This document shows, in pieces, positions 62,432 through 64,000 of a stretch of 64,000 nucleotides of DNA. The stretch's first letter is position 1; the number at the start of each line of letters is the position of its first letter. The DNA comes from a virus: positions 33,767-97,766 of the IMG/VR virus record IMGVR_UViG_3300017780_004980. The stretch is one strand, 5' to 3'. Position numbers and translations under genes: made by a program. The notes under the pieces are model-generated. The model was not told where the DNA came from and made no database searches. It saw only the letters and a list, made by a program, of their open reading frames with translations.

Positions 62432-62607
62432 CAGGCAGTCCTCTTGGTGCGGGGTTGATAGCGGGTGCGGGCTGCGACCTCGCCCTGGGTCTTCTCCAGC
62501 GCCGTGGCGAGCTTGCGGATCATCGCGGTGGCCTCCGCCATGCTGTAGTGCCCCAGGGCCAGGTCGCCGGCCAGCTGCCGGGCTTCTCGTACGAGTTTCT
62601 TGGTCAT
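62431..62607 (-). CDS. Small hypothetical protein
   Basis: Start MTKKLVRE in an ATGA overlap; 58 aa. Confidence 0.55.
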   Translation of the reverse strand: MTKKLVREARQLAGDLALGHYSMAEATAMIRKLATALEKTQGEVAARTRYQPRTKRTA

Positions 62608-62963
62608 GCCATCTCCTTGAGGACCGCCAGGACGTCGGCCTTCTTCCGCAGCGGGCTGTCGTGCCATTCGATGATCGGCCTGACCCCGATGATCTCCCGC
62701 ACCTTGTTGGCGATGTTGGCGAGAGCCGCGATCTTCTCCTGGGTCATGCCGGTACGACCCTGCCTGAAAGCCACCCGGTGCAGAGCCCCGAGGATGCAGA
62801 AGCTGCACGCCTTGGAGCTGTCGTACATGACCTTGTTCCCCTCCGCGTCCTTGGCCGAGGACCCCTGCGTCCACCCGTTGGGTTTCTCCAGCAGGACGAG
62901 CGCCGCTGCCGCGATTTTCTTCTCCGCCGGGGAGAGCACGATCTTGTCTTGGGTGTCGCTCAT
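62604..62963 (-). CDS. Hypothetical phage protein (GWTQG...C..GAL...W.D family)
   Basis: Start MSDTQDK; GWTQG, FCILGAL, IIEWHD...R....V motifs. Confidence 0.7.
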   Translation of the reverse strand: MSDTQDKIVLSPAEKKIAAAALVLLEKPNGWTQGSSAKDAEGNKVMYDSSKACSFCILGALHRVAFRQGRTGMTQEKIAALANIANKVREIIGVRPIIEWHDSPLRKKADVLAVLKEMA

Positions 62964-63325
62964 TGGTCCGTCACCAGTTCGAGGTAGCTGTCGTCCGGCC
63001 GGGTAAACCAACCCTTGCCGGCAGAGGGGTGAAACTCGACGAAGGTCCCAACAGGGTCCTCCCACTGGACGATGTCCGGTCCCGGGTCCGATCCCATCCC
63101 AGGACGCCAGCCCTTGCAGGTAAGGACCTCCCCCACAGGGACGGCCCGGCCCCAGCCCTGCCAGCCCCCGGTGATAGGCTTCCACCCCCAGAGGCGGGCC
63201 CCGTCCTTGATGATCCGGTACCTGCCGCCCTTGGCGTAGGGATGCTGCGTGGGCGGGGGCGCGGGCGTCTCCTCGGCAGGGCGCTGGTTCGTCCCGGGGC
63301 CGTCCTGTGCCTGAATGTCCGTCAT
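62960..63325 (-). CDS. Hypothetical protein
   Basis: 121 aa with AGGAGG RBS. Confidence 0.65.
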   Translation of the reverse strand: MTDIQAQDGPGTNQRPAEETPAPPPTQHPYAKGGRYRIIKDGARLWGWKPITGGWQGWGRAVPVGEVLTCKGWRPGMGSDPGPDIVQWEDPVGTFVEFHPSAGKGWFTRPDDSYLELVTDQ

Positions 63326-63738
63326 GCGATCCTCCTGATCGTCTATGTCTTCCGAAATTTCCCGAAATTTTCCGGGCTATCGTGTGCCGGGTTTCTGGGA
63401 TGGTGTCGAACTCTTACTCTAGCTGAAATGGGGCTGGTGTCCGAGAAATGTCAGCCATTTGTCTGATGTGTCGTCCGTGGTCCCATGAGGGGCGCACAGG
63501 TCTTCGAGGGGCTCCGTGGGGCTTCGAGGGGCAATGAGGGGCGCCTGGTGCCTCCTGGACGCTGTGTGACACAGTGTCGGTCCTCCCGGGCGAATTTGAC
63601 AGCTGGTCCTGTGAAAACCTTGGAAATTCGTACGACGTCGGCGGGACGATGCATTTCGTCGCCAGCATTCCTATTCCTGCGAAATCTGCGGTCAGACGGC
63701 CGGCCCATTGGACCGACCATCCTTCGCCTTCTCGTCGG

Positions 63739-63957
63739 CTACTCCTCCTGCTCCCCCCAGGCGACCAACTCCTTGGCCATCTTCAACAATGCGGGGCTAG
63801 GCTTGCGGGCGTTCTGGCAGGCCCACCCCATAGCCTGCGCTGCTATCTGGTCTGCGTCGTCCTGACTGTACACCCGCAACTGGGCAATCTCCCTGCCCCT
63901 GTCGTCGTTCCCCTGTATGACCAGGCTGTCCAGGGCTCGGTGCGCTCTCGTCTTCAT
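63739..63957 (-). CDS. Hypothetical protein
   Basis: Start MKTRAH after a GGAGG hairpin; 72 aa. Confidence 0.6.
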   Translation of the reverse strand: MKTRAHRALDSLVIQGNDDRGREIAQLRVYSQDDADQIAAQAMGWACQNARKPSPALLKMAKELVAWGEQEE

Positions 63958-64000
63958 CTGTCGGTCCTCCATGACCAATGGGGGGGCGGGGGCCATCCCT

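Noticed and set aside
63330-63735. Replication origin or genome terminus in the 400-bp non-coding stretch (CCGAAATTT twice); similarly 56410-56790
   Set aside because: Only short duplications, with no iteron array or terminal repeat visible within the window.

Overview
A 64 kb segment of a GC-rich, long-tailed dsDNA bacteriophage (siphovirus-type), with essentially all genes on the minus strand. An alphaproteobacterial host is inferred from promoter shape and gene content, not proven. In transcription order (right to left) it holds: small accessory/early genes (64-56 kb); two fibre-like virion genes; a solo DnaA domain-IV gene, a cold-shock gene and an HNH-AP2 gene; a conserved 251-aa gene followed by a circularly permuted tRNA-like RNA, a tRNA(CAT) and RNase H; an amino-deoxysugar biosynthesis/glycosyltransferase/ParB-like cluster abutting the terminase genes; a repeat-rich fibre module; a truncated PPDK-like dikinase with a CsrA-like protein and two Cys-phosphatases; a family A DNA polymerase; and the portal-protease-scaffold-capsid-neck-tail module with a -1 frameshifted tail chaperone, tape measure and lambda-like M/L/K/I/J tail tip. 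The strongest non-coding signals are: (1) the permuted tRNA-like RNA at 50425-50588; (2) about 13 covarying hairpins that display the Shine-Dalgarno GGA in the loop (CsrA-type sites), matching a phage-encoded CsrA-like protein; (3) 11 exact copies of the 14-bp quasi-palindrome TGCAAGTGGTTGCA; (4) about 13 promoters with an invariant 16-bp spacer; (5) several small structured RNAs. No integrase, lysis, helicase or primase genes were recognised, so the genome extends beyond the window. All protein calls come from motif recognition by eye; no database searches were run.
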